Below, in pieces: positions 17,374 to 27,214 of a DNA stretch of 64,000 nt. The DNA is taken from assembly GCA_965249055.1 (NCBI GenBank), contig CBDFKX010000002.1:1613800-1677799 (forward strand), given 5' to 3'. A program made the translations under genes and the position numbers. The stretch comes from Candidatus Aldehydirespiratoraceae bacterium. GTDB taxonomy: Bacteria > Actinomycetota > Acidimicrobiia > Acidimicrobiales > Aldehydirespiratoraceae. The notes under the pieces were generated by a model, which was given only the letters and a program-made list of their open reading frames with translations, was not told the DNA's origin and made no database searches. How positions within the stretch are numbered: position 1 is the stretch's first letter; every line of letters starts with the position of its first letter.

Positions 17374-18348
17374 ATGAGAGCCGCCGAGTTCTTCGCTGGC
17401 ATGGGTCTGATGAGAGCAGGTCTAGAACGGGTAGGAGTGACGACAGTCTTCGCGAACGACATCGACACGACCAAGGCCGCTCTCTACCGCTCCAACTGGG
17501 GCGACAACGAACTGATTGTAGAGGACATCCGCACACTGCGAGGCGATGACATCCCCGACGCCGAGATCGCCACTGCCTCGTTCCCGTGCGTAGACATGTC
17601 GCTGGCCGGCAACCTTGCGGGTCTCGACGGCGAACAGTCCGGTCTCATCACCGAGTTCTGCCGCATCCTCACGGAAATGGGCGAACGCCGACCTCGGGCT
17701 GTGATCGTCGAGAACGTGCCGGGTTTCACCACGGTGAACGATGGCCGAGACTTCGCCTTGGTCGTCGAGATGCTCGAAGCGCTGGGCTACACGGTGAACA
17801 CAGTGGTCGTCAACGCGTCGGCCTTCGTGCCGCAGAGTCGAGCCCGCGTGTTCCTACTAGGAGCGCTTGGTGAACAGCCGCTTCTTCCGGAAGTCCCGAC
17901 GGCGGCACCGCTGCGGCTGGTTGATATGGCCAGATCCGACGGCGACTGGTGGCTCCCCGACCGACGCGACGGTTTCTTGGAGACCCTGTCACCGTTGCAG
18001 CGCGACCGGGTCGAGTCTTGGCGCGGCGACGACCGTGTGCGGTTCCTCGGCGCGTTCCGTCGCACTCGCAACGGCCGCGCCGTGTGGGAGGTCCGAAGCG
18101 ACGAAATCGCCGGGGCGCTGCGCACCACAAGAGGAGGGTCATCGCGACAAGCCCTGGTACGGGTGGGGCGCGGCGGCTTCGATGTACGCTGGATGGACGT
18201 AGACGACTACGCCCTCCTACAAGGAGCCGAGACATTGACGTATGACGCGGTGTCGGAGCGTCAGGCCATGTTCGCGCTGGGCGATGCGGTGTGCGTCCCG
18301 GTCATCGAATGGCTAGGAGAGAATTGGCTGATGAGGCTGGCGGCTTGA
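17374..18348 (+). CDS. DNA (cytosine-5)-methyltransferase
   Basis: The motifs read EFFAGMGL (I), SFPCVDMSLAG (IV), IVENVPGF (VI), QSRARVF (VIII) and GDAVCVPV (X). Confidence 0.9.
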   Translation: MRAAEFFAGMGLMRAGLERVGVTTVFANDIDTTKAALYRSNWGDNELIVEDIRTLRGDDIPDAEIATASFPCVDMSLAGNLAGLDGEQSGLITEFCRILTEMGERRPRAVIVENVPGFTTVNDGRDFALVVEMLEALGYTVNTVVVNASAFVPQSRARVFLLGALGEQPLLPEVPTAAPLRLVDMARSDGDWWLPDRRDGFLETLSPLQRDRVESWRGDDRVRFLGAFRRTRNGRAVWEVRSDEIAGALRTTRGGSSRQALVRVGRGGFDVRWMDVDDYALLQGAETLTYDAVSERQAMFALGDAVCVPVIEWLGENWLMRLAA

Positions 18349-18588
18349 CTTCAGACTCGCCGCCGGAAGTCGACGCTCTCTACGACGGAGTGACACGACT
18401 GCTTGACGCCCCCGACCCGTCAGGTCGCAAGGTGGGCGACTGCACCTGCGGCGTGTACCTGTTCATCGACTACGACGGCGAGCCGATCTACGTCGGCCAG
18501 ACCAAAGAGAAGCTCCGCGTCCGAATCCGCCGACACCTGACCAACCAGCGCACGGACGCCGTGGCCATGCGGGTGCTCGACCCGTTAG

Positions 18589-20238
18589 CCTGGATCCACC
18601 GGTGCGGTGAGGTTGTGGGGGTTGGCGCGTCCACCAGAAAGGCCTCCTGACGTGGGAGAATGCTGTTTGATGTAACGGTCATTCTGGCCACGAGAGGAGG
18701 CACTTCCTGTGAGGAGCGTAGCTGGTGGGATCGACGGGTTGGGGGCGGTGTTCGATGATGGGTCTTTGGTGGCTGATGCGGGGTTGTTGCTGGCGGGCAC
18801 GGTGATGTCGAGGCTGGGTTTGGAGGCGTTGATCGACGACACGGTGCGTCCGGGCGGGTCGGCGGGTTCGGGGGCGGGTCACAAGGTGCTGTCTTTGGTG
18901 GCGTCGATGCTGGTGGGCGGGTGCTGCATCGACGACGCGCAGCGGCTGCGGTCGGGCTCGGCGGCGGCGGTGCTGCCGTTCGCGCCGTTGGCGCCGTCGA
19001 CGCTGGGGACGTTTTTGAGGTCGTTCACGTTCGGGCATGTGCGCCAACTCGACAAGGCTCTGGAGTCAGCACAGATGCGGGCGTGGTCTGTGGGCGCCGC
19101 GCCGAGCGTGGCGGAGATGACGGTGGATCTGGACTCCACGGTGTGTGAGGTGTGCGGCAAGGCCAAGCACGGCGCCGCGTACGGCCACACCAAGGTGTTG
19201 GGCTATCACCCGCTGGTGGCGGTGCGCTCAGACACCGGCGAGGTGCTGCACTCGCGGATGCGGTCGGGATCGTCTCAGCGCGGCAACGTGCACTTCGCTC
19301 GTGAGACCCTGGCGAGGGTGCGGCGCCTGGCGGCGCACGCGGCGGTGACGGTGCGCGCCGATGCGGGGTTCTTCTCCTATGACATGATCGCGGCCCTCGG
19401 CGCCCACGGTGCGTCCTACTCGATCACGATCCCGCAGAACGCCAAGGTCAAAGCAGCCATAGCGGCCATAGACGACGACGACTGGGCACCGATCGCCTAC
19501 ACCCGCGGCGGCGAGGCCCAAGTCGCTGAGACCACCATCGAAGCCGGCCGCCGCGGCGACAAGCTCCACGGCGACGACGCCAAGCCCGCGAAGCTGCGGC
19601 TCATCGTGCGCCGCACCCGCCTGCTCGGCGCCCAAGGCGAGCTGTGGCCCAACTGGCGCTACCACTGCTTCGTCACCGACAGACACGACCTCGACACCAA
19701 AGCCGCCGACACCTACCACCGAGCCCACGCCACCGTGGAGCTCGCCATCAGAGACCTCAAAGAGAGCGCCGGGCTCAGCCGCTGCCCCTCAGGACGATTC
19801 CCCGCCAACGGCGCCTGGCTCGCCTGCTGCGTGCTCGCGCACAACCTCGCCCGCTGGACCGCCCGCCTCGGCCGCGCCCACCCCACGCGCCAACTCACCG
19901 TCGCAGCCACCATCCGCAACCGGCTCCTCACCGTGCCAGGCCGCCTCGTCAACCACAGCGGCCGCCACAGACTGCGCCTGCCGCTCAACTGGCCCTGGCA
20001 GAACACCTTCACCACCGCCCTGCAACGAATCCGCAACCTCCCCCTGCTCATCTGAGCCGCCGCTCAGCGCCCCGCGCAGCGCAGCCCAACCCCAAGCGCC
20101 ACCAACCCGCCACAGCCCCGCACTCCAGTCCCGCACGCCCCAAAACGCCCCAAAACGCGCCAGCCCGCACACACGCACCAGCCCAACGACCACCCGGCCC
20201 CAAACCGACGATCCCACAAACCCGTCGGTGGATCCAGG
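18589..20238 (+). mobile_element. IS1380-family insertion sequence, complete (1650 bp)
   Basis: There is a 13-bp perfect terminal inverted repeat, CCTGGATCCACCG. A 5-bp target duplication GTTAG lies at 18584-18588 and 20239-20243. Confidence 0.9.
18709..20055 (+). CDS. IS1380-family DDE transposase
   Basis: The 448-aa ORF has a GTG start and contains VDLDSTVCEVCGKAKHGAAYGHTKVLGYHPL, VRADAGFFS and YHRAHATVELAIRDLKE...PSGRFPANGAWL. Confidence 0.9.
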   Translation: MRSVAGGIDGLGAVFDDGSLVADAGLLLAGTVMSRLGLEALIDDTVRPGGSAGSGAGHKVLSLVASMLVGGCCIDDAQRLRSGSAAAVLPFAPLAPSTLGTFLRSFTFGHVRQLDKALESAQMRAWSVGAAPSVAEMTVDLDSTVCEVCGKAKHGAAYGHTKVLGYHPLVAVRSDTGEVLHSRMRSGSSQRGNVHFARETLARVRRLAAHAAVTVRADAGFFSYDMIAALGAHGASYSITIPQNAKVKAAIAAIDDDDWAPIAYTRGGEAQVAETTIEAGRRGDKLHGDDAKPAKLRLIVRRTRLLGAQGELWPNWRYHCFVTDRHDLDTKAADTYHRAHATVELAIRDLKESAGLSRCPSGRFPANGAWLACCVLAHNLARWTARLGRAHPTRQLTVAATIRNRLLTVPGRLVNHSGRHRLRLPLNWPWQNTFTTALQRIRNLPLLI

Positions 20239-20887
20239 GTTAGAGGTCGCGGAAGTCGAAATGTGGCCGTTCTGGGACTTGGAACCCAAAGACGCGGGCG
20301 ACCTCCTCGACCGCGCGGAATACACCGTCTATCAGCAAGCACTCTCCAGATCTAAGTTCAACGCCGTTCTCAACGAGGCGGAGATCGCCGAGACCGAGCC
20401 CATGGTCCTGCCGCCATCGGTGCGGGGAGCGATCCTGCCCAACGAGGCCCGCGAAAGACGTGAGCATCCCGACCTGCGGCTAACCCGCCGAGCGCGCACC
20501 ATCGCTGACCTCGCCAGAGTCATCAGCGAGCGACGGGTAAGCAACGGCATCAGGCGGACGCTTTCGGTTCAGGCTCGACGCCTCGAGCACCTAGCCCGGA
20601 AGCGACTCGAAGAACTGGACGGCCACAACGAGAACACGCCAGAAGAGCTCTGATCACCAAAACCCGAGACGGGTCCCAACACGCTCCATGGGACCTCGCC
20701 AGATTGAGCCGAATACCCCTTGCAGTACGACACCCGAGAAATGTCTATGTAGGCATAGCCCATAGTCTCGCTTCCTAGCTTGAGACCCGCCAGCCATACC
20801 GATGCGGCTCAGATCTCTACCGGTTGGGCCACCTCGGAGCTGCTGCGTTTGGGCATTCGCGGTCAGATTGCTGGAATAGGAACAGGA

Positions 20888-21829
20888 TCAGCCGAGGCAA
20901 CGTCTCAACAGATCGGTTAGCGGCTGTTGTAATGGATCTCTCCTAAATGCCCTCTCTGGTCTATGCGGGGGCACAGCCATTCTGAGTCGACGACGCAACT
21001 CGACAAGTGCGAGCAGATGCTCGGTTTGGATGTCACCGACGGCGACAATGAATGAGTCCTTCTTGTTGCTCGAAGTTGTCCAGGCGATCTGGAGGCTGAG
21101 CATCGTTGCCATCCACGCCGCACCTGACAAGACAGATACGCCTGTTTCAGCTACGCTCCATGCGCTGATCAGTATCAGCACAGCAGGGAACGTCAGGCGA
21201 CGTGCTGTACGTGACAACCACGACCTCCAGGTAACGACTCCGAGTGCGATGATGTGTCTGTGCAATCGGAGGTCAGCTAGCAGAATTGCCTTCCAAGCTC
21301 GGTTTACGTGGTTGTCGCCAGACGGCGGGTCTGGCAGTCTGAAGTCATCGCCAGATGCCGAGTCGAAGCCGCCGGCCGCGTCGATTTTGTCGAGTTCTGC
21401 TGCAAGCATGACAATGTCTTCTCGGCGATCGGCTCTGCACTTGTCTTGGCCGAACACCCAATGCCGTTCAGATCTCTTGCGAGGAACAATGCGAGACGTT
21501 TCAGCAATGAAATACTCGTTTGCGAGTTTGTCAAAGAAAGTACCATCTCGATAGATGGTCAGATCCTTTTTGAGTTGCTCCTCCAGAACCGCGTAGTTCT
21601 CTCTCTGCCGATATCTCTCTCGTTTTTGAACAAGTGCCTTTCGATTCGCGGCCCTGAGCTTCATGGGTGCCTCGACATACCGCTTCGATGCTTCTGCTGC
21701 GGCACGAATCTGCTCGGATGCGGAAGGCCATTGAGACGACGGACTTGGGGGTTCACCCGATAGGGCTGGACCGTCTGCTGCATCATCGCTAAAGGTAGCG
21801 TCGAAGGGATCTTCATTCTGCTGTGTCAC
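20888..21829 (-). CDS. hypothetical protein with two predicted C-terminal transmembrane helices
   Basis: The 313-aa ORF has lower GC. Its N-terminal half is charged and coiled. The hydrophobic stretches are FPAVLILISAWSVAETGVSVL and AAWMATMLSLQIAW. No family was recognised. Confidence 0.55.
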   Translation of the reverse strand: MTQQNEDPFDATFSDDAADGPALSGEPPSPSSQWPSASEQIRAAAEASKRYVEAPMKLRAANRKALVQKRERYRQRENYAVLEEQLKKDLTIYRDGTFFDKLANEYFIAETSRIVPRKRSERHWVFGQDKCRADRREDIVMLAAELDKIDAAGGFDSASGDDFRLPDPPSGDNHVNRAWKAILLADLRLHRHIIALGVVTWRSWLSRTARRLTFPAVLILISAWSVAETGVSVLSGAAWMATMLSLQIAWTTSSNKKDSFIVAVGDIQTEHLLALVELRRRLRMAVPPHRPERAFRRDPLQQPLTDLLRRCLG

Positions 21830-22103
21830 TCGAGCAGCATAGGTTCCCGACGGAGATCAGCCATTCGCACGCAGCCGACCGATATTGGCGGGAGTGGCCT
21901 GCGCCGAACAGGGCAATCGCGAGGATTTGGATGCCGACGAGCCCACCGAGTCGTTCCGACTTCGCAAACCAGCTCAAGTGTGGGACGCGTCGACGATCAA
22001 GATCTCGTGTGTGGCCTGACCTGGGTAAACAATTCGTTTTGAATCCGCGCGAGGATGTTGGACACAGCGAGGGTCGAAGCGAACGCCATTGAAGGGAGCG
22101 GGT

Positions 22104-22874
22104 ATGAGACTCGAAGGCAAGGTGGCGCTTATCACCGGTACGGCCAGCGGTATCGGACGGGCCACCGCGCTGCGCTTCGCAGAAGAAGGCGCCCGGATCG
22201 TTGCAGTCGACATCGTTGCAGCCAATCTCGAGACGGTCGAGTTGATCAGAGCGGCCGGGGGCGAGGCCACCGCGGTCCAGGCCGACGTGTCCAACGATGC
22301 CGATGTCGCCTCGGCCGTGAAGACCGCGGAGGAGACCTACGGGCGGCTCGACATCGCCTTCAACAACGCCGGGATCATGCTGGCCAACGACTCGGACTCC
22401 ATCGCCACGTCCGAGGAGACCATCGACAAGACCCTGGCCGTGAACCTCAAGGGCGTCCTGTACGGATGCCGACATCAGATCCCCGCAATGCGTCGGGCGG
22501 GCGGCGGTTCGATCATCAACACAGCGTCTTTTGTGGCGTCGGTGGGCGCGGCCACCCCGCAAATCGCCTACACCGCCTCCAAGGGGGCGGTGCTGTCGAT
22601 GACCCGGGAGCTGGCCGTGATCCACGCCAGGGAGAACATCCGGGTCAACGCCCTGTCGCCGGGGCCGTTGCGCACTGAAATGCTCATGTCGTACCTCGAC
22701 ACCGACGAGAAGCGCCAGCGCCGGTTGGTGCATGTGCCCATGGGTCGGTTCGGCGAGGCCACCGAGATGGCCTCGGCCGCGCTGTTCCTGGCCTCGTCTG
22801 ACTCGTCGTACATGACCGGAGCCAACCTACAGGTGGACGGAGGCCTGACCGCCGCCTACGTCACGCCGGAATAG
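22104..22874 (+). CDS. SDR-family oxidoreductase
   Basis: ATG at 22104 follows AAGGGAG. The ORF contains TGTASGIGRA, NNAGI and a YTASKGAV catalytic YxxxK. Confidence 0.9.
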   Translation: MRLEGKVALITGTASGIGRATALRFAEEGARIVAVDIVAANLETVELIRAAGGEATAVQADVSNDADVASAVKTAEETYGRLDIAFNNAGIMLANDSDSIATSEETIDKTLAVNLKGVLYGCRHQIPAMRRAGGGSIINTASFVASVGAATPQIAYTASKGAVLSMTRELAVIHARENIRVNALSPGPLRTEMLMSYLDTDEKRQRRLVHVPMGRFGEATEMASAALFLASSDSSYMTGANLQVDGGLTAAYVTPE

Positions 22875-22902
22875 GACTCATAAAACCAGCACGCTATCGG
22901 GG

Positions 22903-24132
22903 GTGTTATGTCGGGGCGCCGGGGATCGGGGCGCTACCGTTGCGGGGGTGTTTCTCTACGACACAGCGCGTAACTCGATAGTTCCCTTTGAACCGGGCGA
23001 AGAAGTATCGATTTATGTCTGCGGTATCACACCGTATGACTCGACTCATCTGGGCCACGCCAACACCTATCTGACCTACGACCTGCTGATCCGACGGCTC
23101 GAAGAACTCGGCCACACCGTGAAACTCGTCCGCAACATCACCGATGTCGACGACAGCATCCTTGGCAAGGCACGGGAGCTCGGCGTCGACTTCTTAGAGT
23201 TGGCGGCCGCCGAAACCGCACGCTTCCACGGTGACATGGCCGCGCTCAACACCCGACCCGTCACGGCCGAACCCCACGCCCGCGTATGGGTACCGGAGAT
23301 GATCGAGCTGATCACGACCCTCGAAAAAGGCGGCCACACCTACACCGTCGAAGGTGCCACATTCTTCGATGTGACGACCTTCGATACTTTCGGTGCGGTC
23401 TCCGGCTACGACGAGGCAACCATGATCGAACTGGCGGCCGAACGCGGCGGCCATCCCGACGACCCCCGCCAACGCAACCCCCTCGACTTCGTGCTGTGGC
23501 AACCGTCGCTGCCCGACGAACCCGCATGGCCCTCACCTTGGGGGCCGGGCCGCCCAGGATGGCACATCGAATGCAGCGCCATGTCGATGGGTCTGCTCGG
23601 CACCACCCTCGACCTTCACGGCGGCGGAAGCGACCTGATCTTCCCGCATCACGAATGCGAAAGAGCGCAAAGCGAAGCCGCCACCGGCACCACCTTCGTG
23701 CGGCACTGGATGCACTGCGGGATGGTCGCCTACGAAGGCACAAAGATGTCGAAATCGCTCGGCAACCTCGTCTTCGTCAGCGAACTGTCGAAGCTCGCCG
23801 ACCCAAGAGCGATCCGGCTAGCCCTGATGGCCCACCACTACCGCGACGACTGGGAATGGTTCGACGATGACATCGCCGAGGCCGCGGCGGGACTTGATTT
23901 GCTGCTCGCGGCAGCTAACACCAGCGCAGGACCCGACCCGGCCCCCTTCGCAAGCCGCATGCGCGCCGCCCTTGACAACGACCTCAACGCCCCCCAAGCA
24001 CGAAATGAGTTGCTTGGACTCGCCACAGCCATTCTCGCAGGAGGCGACGACCCGACAGCACCAGCCGTGCTGGGAGAATTGGCCGGTGTGTACGGCATTG
24101 AACTAGATACCCCGGCGGCTCCGGTCGCCTAA
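22903..24132 (+). CDS. mshC: cysteine--1-D-myo-inosityl 2-amino-2-deoxy-alpha-D-glucopyranoside ligase (mycothiol ligase)
   Basis: This is a CysRS paralogue lacking the anticodon-binding C-terminus (~409 aa). It contains YVCGITPYDSTHLGHANTY, GRPGWHIECSAMS, FPHHECERAQ and KMSKSLGN, and ends with a HYRDDWEW-type tail. The start codon (GTG 22903) is uncertain. Confidence 0.8.
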   Translation: MLCRGAGDRGATVAGVFLYDTARNSIVPFEPGEEVSIYVCGITPYDSTHLGHANTYLTYDLLIRRLEELGHTVKLVRNITDVDDSILGKARELGVDFLELAAAETARFHGDMAALNTRPVTAEPHARVWVPEMIELITTLEKGGHTYTVEGATFFDVTTFDTFGAVSGYDEATMIELAAERGGHPDDPRQRNPLDFVLWQPSLPDEPAWPSPWGPGRPGWHIECSAMSMGLLGTTLDLHGGGSDLIFPHHECERAQSEAATGTTFVRHWMHCGMVAYEGTKMSKSLGNLVFVSELSKLADPRAIRLALMAHHYRDDWEWFDDDIAEAAAGLDLLLAAANTSAGPDPAPFASRMRAALDNDLNAPQARNELLGLATAILAGGDDPTAPAVLGELAGVYGIELDTPAAPVA

Positions 24133-24178
24133 CCGACCCCCCGACCCAACCCGATCTGACCCCCGATCCGATAGTCCC

Positions 24179-25585
24179 TTGATCCGCTTATACGACACGC
24201 TCTCCTTGAAGGTTCGGCCCCTGGCCCAGCGAGACCCCGGCAAGGTCTCGTTCTACGCCTGCGGGCCCACGGTCTATGACCACCCGCACCTCGGTCATGC
24301 CCGCCAAGCCCTCACCTACGATGTCTTACGCCGCTACCTCGAATGGCGAGGCGTTGAGGTTCATCACGTCGCCAACGTCACCGATATCGACGACAACATC
24401 ATCAACCGGGCCAACACGGAAGGCCTCACCGAACCTCAAGTGGCCGAACGATGGGAAGCGATCTACATCGAAGTGATGGACGAACTCAACATTCTGCATC
24501 CCCACGACCGACCACACGCCACCGAATTCGTCGACGAAATGGTTGCGTTCATCGAGACCCTCGTAAGCAACGGATCGGCCTACACCACCGAATCCGGTGT
24601 ATATCTGCGGGTGCGTTCCGTGCCGGGATACGGCGACCTCGTACACCGCAGCTTTGACGAACTCGCGGCAGGTTCAGGCGCACGAGTTGAAGTCGATGAG
24701 TTCAAAGAGGATCCGCTCGACTTCGCTCTCTGGAAGTCGGCCAAGCCCAACGAACCAACCTGGCCCTCACCGTGGGGACCCGGACGCCCGGGCTGGCACA
24801 TCGAATGCGTGGCCATGAGCCTCGGTCTCCTCGGCGACGGATTCGACCTCCACGGCGGAGGCGATGATCTCGTCTTCCCTCATCACACCAACGAACGGGC
24901 CGAAGCGATCGCCGCGGGTCGGCCGTTCGCGCAGCACTGGCTGCACAACGCCATGCTCAACGTCGGCGGCGAGAAGATGGCCAAGTCGCTCGGCAACTTC
25001 CGCACCGTTCGCGACCTGCTCGACGAACACCCCCTCAACGCCCGGGCCTTGCGCCTGCTGCTGCTACAGACTCATTACCGCAAGACGATGGAGGTCAACG
25101 CCGAGGTGATGACTCAGGCCCGGGCTGGCATCGAGCGCATCGACGCCATGGCTCGCAGGGCCAACGCCGCTGGCATTTCTCTTGACGGAACCAAGCGAGC
25201 TACCGCGTCGCTTGAGGCGTTTCAGGCTGCGATGGCCAACGACCTGGGTACCCCCGAAGCCATCGCCGTCATCTTCGACACGGTTCGGAAAGCCAACACG
25301 GCCCTCGATGCAAGCGGCACCTGCGATACCGCAGAAGCTGCTTCCTTGGTCGCCACTGTGGTCGATCTGGCTGGAGCGCTCGGTATCGGAGTCGGCGGAC
25401 CTCGTGGCACTGGAAGCGCTAATGGTTCGGCTAGCGATGATGAGATCGAGGCGTTGGTTGCGGCTCGTTCTGCAGCACGAGAAGCCAAGGACTTCGCCCA
25501 AGCCGACCGAATTCGCGAAGAACTTACAGCGTTGGGCATCGCGGTAGAAGACACCCCCAGCGGCTCCGGTTGGCACCGGCCGTAG
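24179..25585 (+). CDS. cysS: cysteine--tRNA ligase
   Basis: The 468-aa ORF has a TTG start. It contains YACGPTVYDHPHLGHAR, GRPGWHIECVAMS, FPHHTNE and KMAKSLGN, plus a C-terminal DALR/anticodon domain ending ADRIREELTALGIAVEDTPSG. Confidence 0.95.
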   Translation: MIRLYDTLSLKVRPLAQRDPGKVSFYACGPTVYDHPHLGHARQALTYDVLRRYLEWRGVEVHHVANVTDIDDNIINRANTEGLTEPQVAERWEAIYIEVMDELNILHPHDRPHATEFVDEMVAFIETLVSNGSAYTTESGVYLRVRSVPGYGDLVHRSFDELAAGSGARVEVDEFKEDPLDFALWKSAKPNEPTWPSPWGPGRPGWHIECVAMSLGLLGDGFDLHGGGDDLVFPHHTNERAEAIAAGRPFAQHWLHNAMLNVGGEKMAKSLGNFRTVRDLLDEHPLNARALRLLLLQTHYRKTMEVNAEVMTQARAGIERIDAMARRANAAGISLDGTKRATASLEAFQAAMANDLGTPEAIAVIFDTVRKANTALDASGTCDTAEAASLVATVVDLAGALGIGVGGPRGTGSANGSASDDEIEALVAARSAAREAKDFAQADRIREELTALGIAVEDTPSGSGWHRP

Positions 25586-25651
25586 TTCGCCCAAGGCTCG
25601 GCCCCGATTAACCGCAGCCGCGTGGCTTGCCAGCGTGCATCGCCGGTGAGC

Positions 25652-27187
25652 TCATCCGACAGCGAAGATCTGTCCAGCGCGGGTGCCGACGAAGATCCTG
25701 CCACCCCATACAGCCGGGGTTGACTCGATGCACCCACCGAGGTACACCTCCCACAGCTGCGACGGTTCAACGGCTGTGTCTGACACATCAAATCCCCGCA
25801 AATAACCGGCGCAATCCCCTTGGATCCACACGTCATCGACGATCACCGGGGACGACCAGGTTGGTCCTTGGAGTTTGATCGACCAGCGCTGTGCACCGGT
25901 GGCGCGGTCGAGCCCCAACACGGTGCCTGTGTCGGTGGGCACGATAACGATGTCCTTGTACAGCCCCGGTGTGGCCCAAACGCCGGCACCGAGATAGGGA
26001 CGCGCGTCGACTCTCCAGACGAGCGGATCATCCGGGCGCGAAGGGTCGAGCTTGAAAATCTGACCGACTTCTTGACTGCGAGCATTGCCCCGCTCGTATT
26101 CGGCCGCCGCGTAGATCATTTGGTCGCTGTCGATCACCAAGGAGGCGTCGACATCATCGCCGGCCCAGAAGCGGAACACTCGTGTCGGATCGACGCCATT
26201 GGCCAGATCGGTGATGTCCCACCCCTGAATCAACCCCCCAGAATTCGCGAAATAGACCAGGTTGGCTGAAATAGCCACCGAGTTCTCGATCGAGACGTTC
26301 TCGCCGACGGCTGCAATCAGTTCGTCGTCCCATCCCGGGGCGTTGAACACTAGGTGCGGATCAACTGTGACCCTGCCCTCGGTGTCATAGTCCCGGTCTA
26401 GTTTGACGATATGGAACCGAGAATTTTCGCCGCCAACAAAGAGGTAATCGTCAAGGACCAGCCCCGCCCCGTCCCAATCGTCGTTCCACATGATCGGAAA
26501 GACATCGCTGGCAGACAGCTTCCAGAGTTCGACGGGTTCGTCGCGGTCGAAGGCGAGGACTCGGTAGTAGCCGTCGCGACTGCCGGTGTAGAGCAGTGGG
26601 AATCCGTCGGGGTCGATGGTCACGGATCCTTTGATGATGTCGCCTGTGGCGAAGTCGGAGAGGATCTGGGAGCCATCGGCGAAGTTGAGGAAATGGACGT
26701 TGCCGCTGTAGCTACCCAGTGTCACCCAGGTTTTGTTGTGGTACTCGAAGACGGCAGGTTGGCCCGTCCACCCTGATCCACACCAGGTTGTGGTCACACC
26801 GCCGGATGTGGAGGGCGAACACAAAGAACCTTCTGTTGGGAACTTCCAGAGTATTTGTGGCGCAGACGGCACCGGACCCTCTCCGTAGTAGGTACGAGTT
26901 GGATTGCCGCGAAATGTCAGCAACCCCCGAACCGCGGTACCCCAGGCTGTCCCGGACGATTCGGGATCCACCCACCCGGAGTATTCAGGGATCGTGGTGG
27001 TGGTGGTCGTCGTTGTGGTGGTCGTCGTTGTGCTTGTGGCGTTCACGTCACCAGCGAGATTGTCGGTCGGCTCGGCCAACAAGGCGGTGGTCAACAACAG
27101 CATTGCCGACGCGGCTAAGACCACGCTGATGCGAACTCGCATCTTCAGACCGAAGAACAGCGGCAGGATGTCGCGAACAGTCTTCAA
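25652..27187 (-). CDS. secreted PQQ-like beta-propeller repeat protein
   Basis: It has a signal-like N-terminus (an alternative start at 27142 gives MRVRISVVLAASAMLLL) and a 13-residue poly-Thr linker. Repeated W/G-rich propeller blades end in GTRAGQIFAV. Confidence 0.75.
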   Translation of the reverse strand: MKTVRDILPLFFGLKMRVRISVVLAASAMLLLTTALLAEPTDNLAGDVNATSTTTTTTTTTTTTTIPEYSGWVDPESSGTAWGTAVRGLLTFRGNPTRTYYGEGPVPSAPQILWKFPTEGSLCSPSTSGGVTTTWCGSGWTGQPAVFEYHNKTWVTLGSYSGNVHFLNFADGSQILSDFATGDIIKGSVTIDPDGFPLLYTGSRDGYYRVLAFDRDEPVELWKLSASDVFPIMWNDDWDGAGLVLDDYLFVGGENSRFHIVKLDRDYDTEGRVTVDPHLVFNAPGWDDELIAAVGENVSIENSVAISANLVYFANSGGLIQGWDITDLANGVDPTRVFRFWAGDDVDASLVIDSDQMIYAAAEYERGNARSQEVGQIFKLDPSRPDDPLVWRVDARPYLGAGVWATPGLYKDIVIVPTDTGTVLGLDRATGAQRWSIKLQGPTWSSPVIVDDVWIQGDCAGYLRGFDVSDTAVEPSQLWEVYLGGCIESTPAVWGGRIFVGTRAGQIFAVG

Positions 27188-27214
27188 GACGCTACGAGGA
27201 AGTCGAATACGATC

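Larger units (their letters stand above)
18309..20653 (+). pseudogene. GIY-YIG nuclease gene (putative restriction endonuclease partner of the Dcm), split by an IS1380 insertion
   Basis: The 5' part (18309-18588) carries GVYLFIDYDGEPIYVGQTKEKLRVRIRRHL, a GIY-YIG pattern. The 3' part (20244-20653) continues in frame once the IS and one TSD copy are removed (VLDPL-EVAEVEMWPFWDL). The restored ORF is 690 nt, or 229 aa. Its start overlaps the dcm 3' end by 40 nt. Confidence 0.75.

Noticed and set aside
19644-20325. Pro/Ala/Arg-rich ORFs at the 3' end of the IS1380 element
   Set aside because: They are low-complexity translations of the GC-rich non-coding end of the IS. There are no motifs, and they lie inside the IS boundaries defined by the IR and TSD.
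21813-22733. 306-aa ORF antisense to the SDR gene. Similar long ORFs lie antisense to real genes at 5479..6255, 5771..6655, 25222..25836, 42617..43231, 46816..47703, 56058..56693, 57176..57838, 59012..59635 and 62080..62784.
   Set aside because: These are typical high-GC shadow ORFs. Their composition is Arg/Pro/Gly/Ala-rich low complexity with no motifs, and each fully overlaps a gene with strong family signatures on the other strand.
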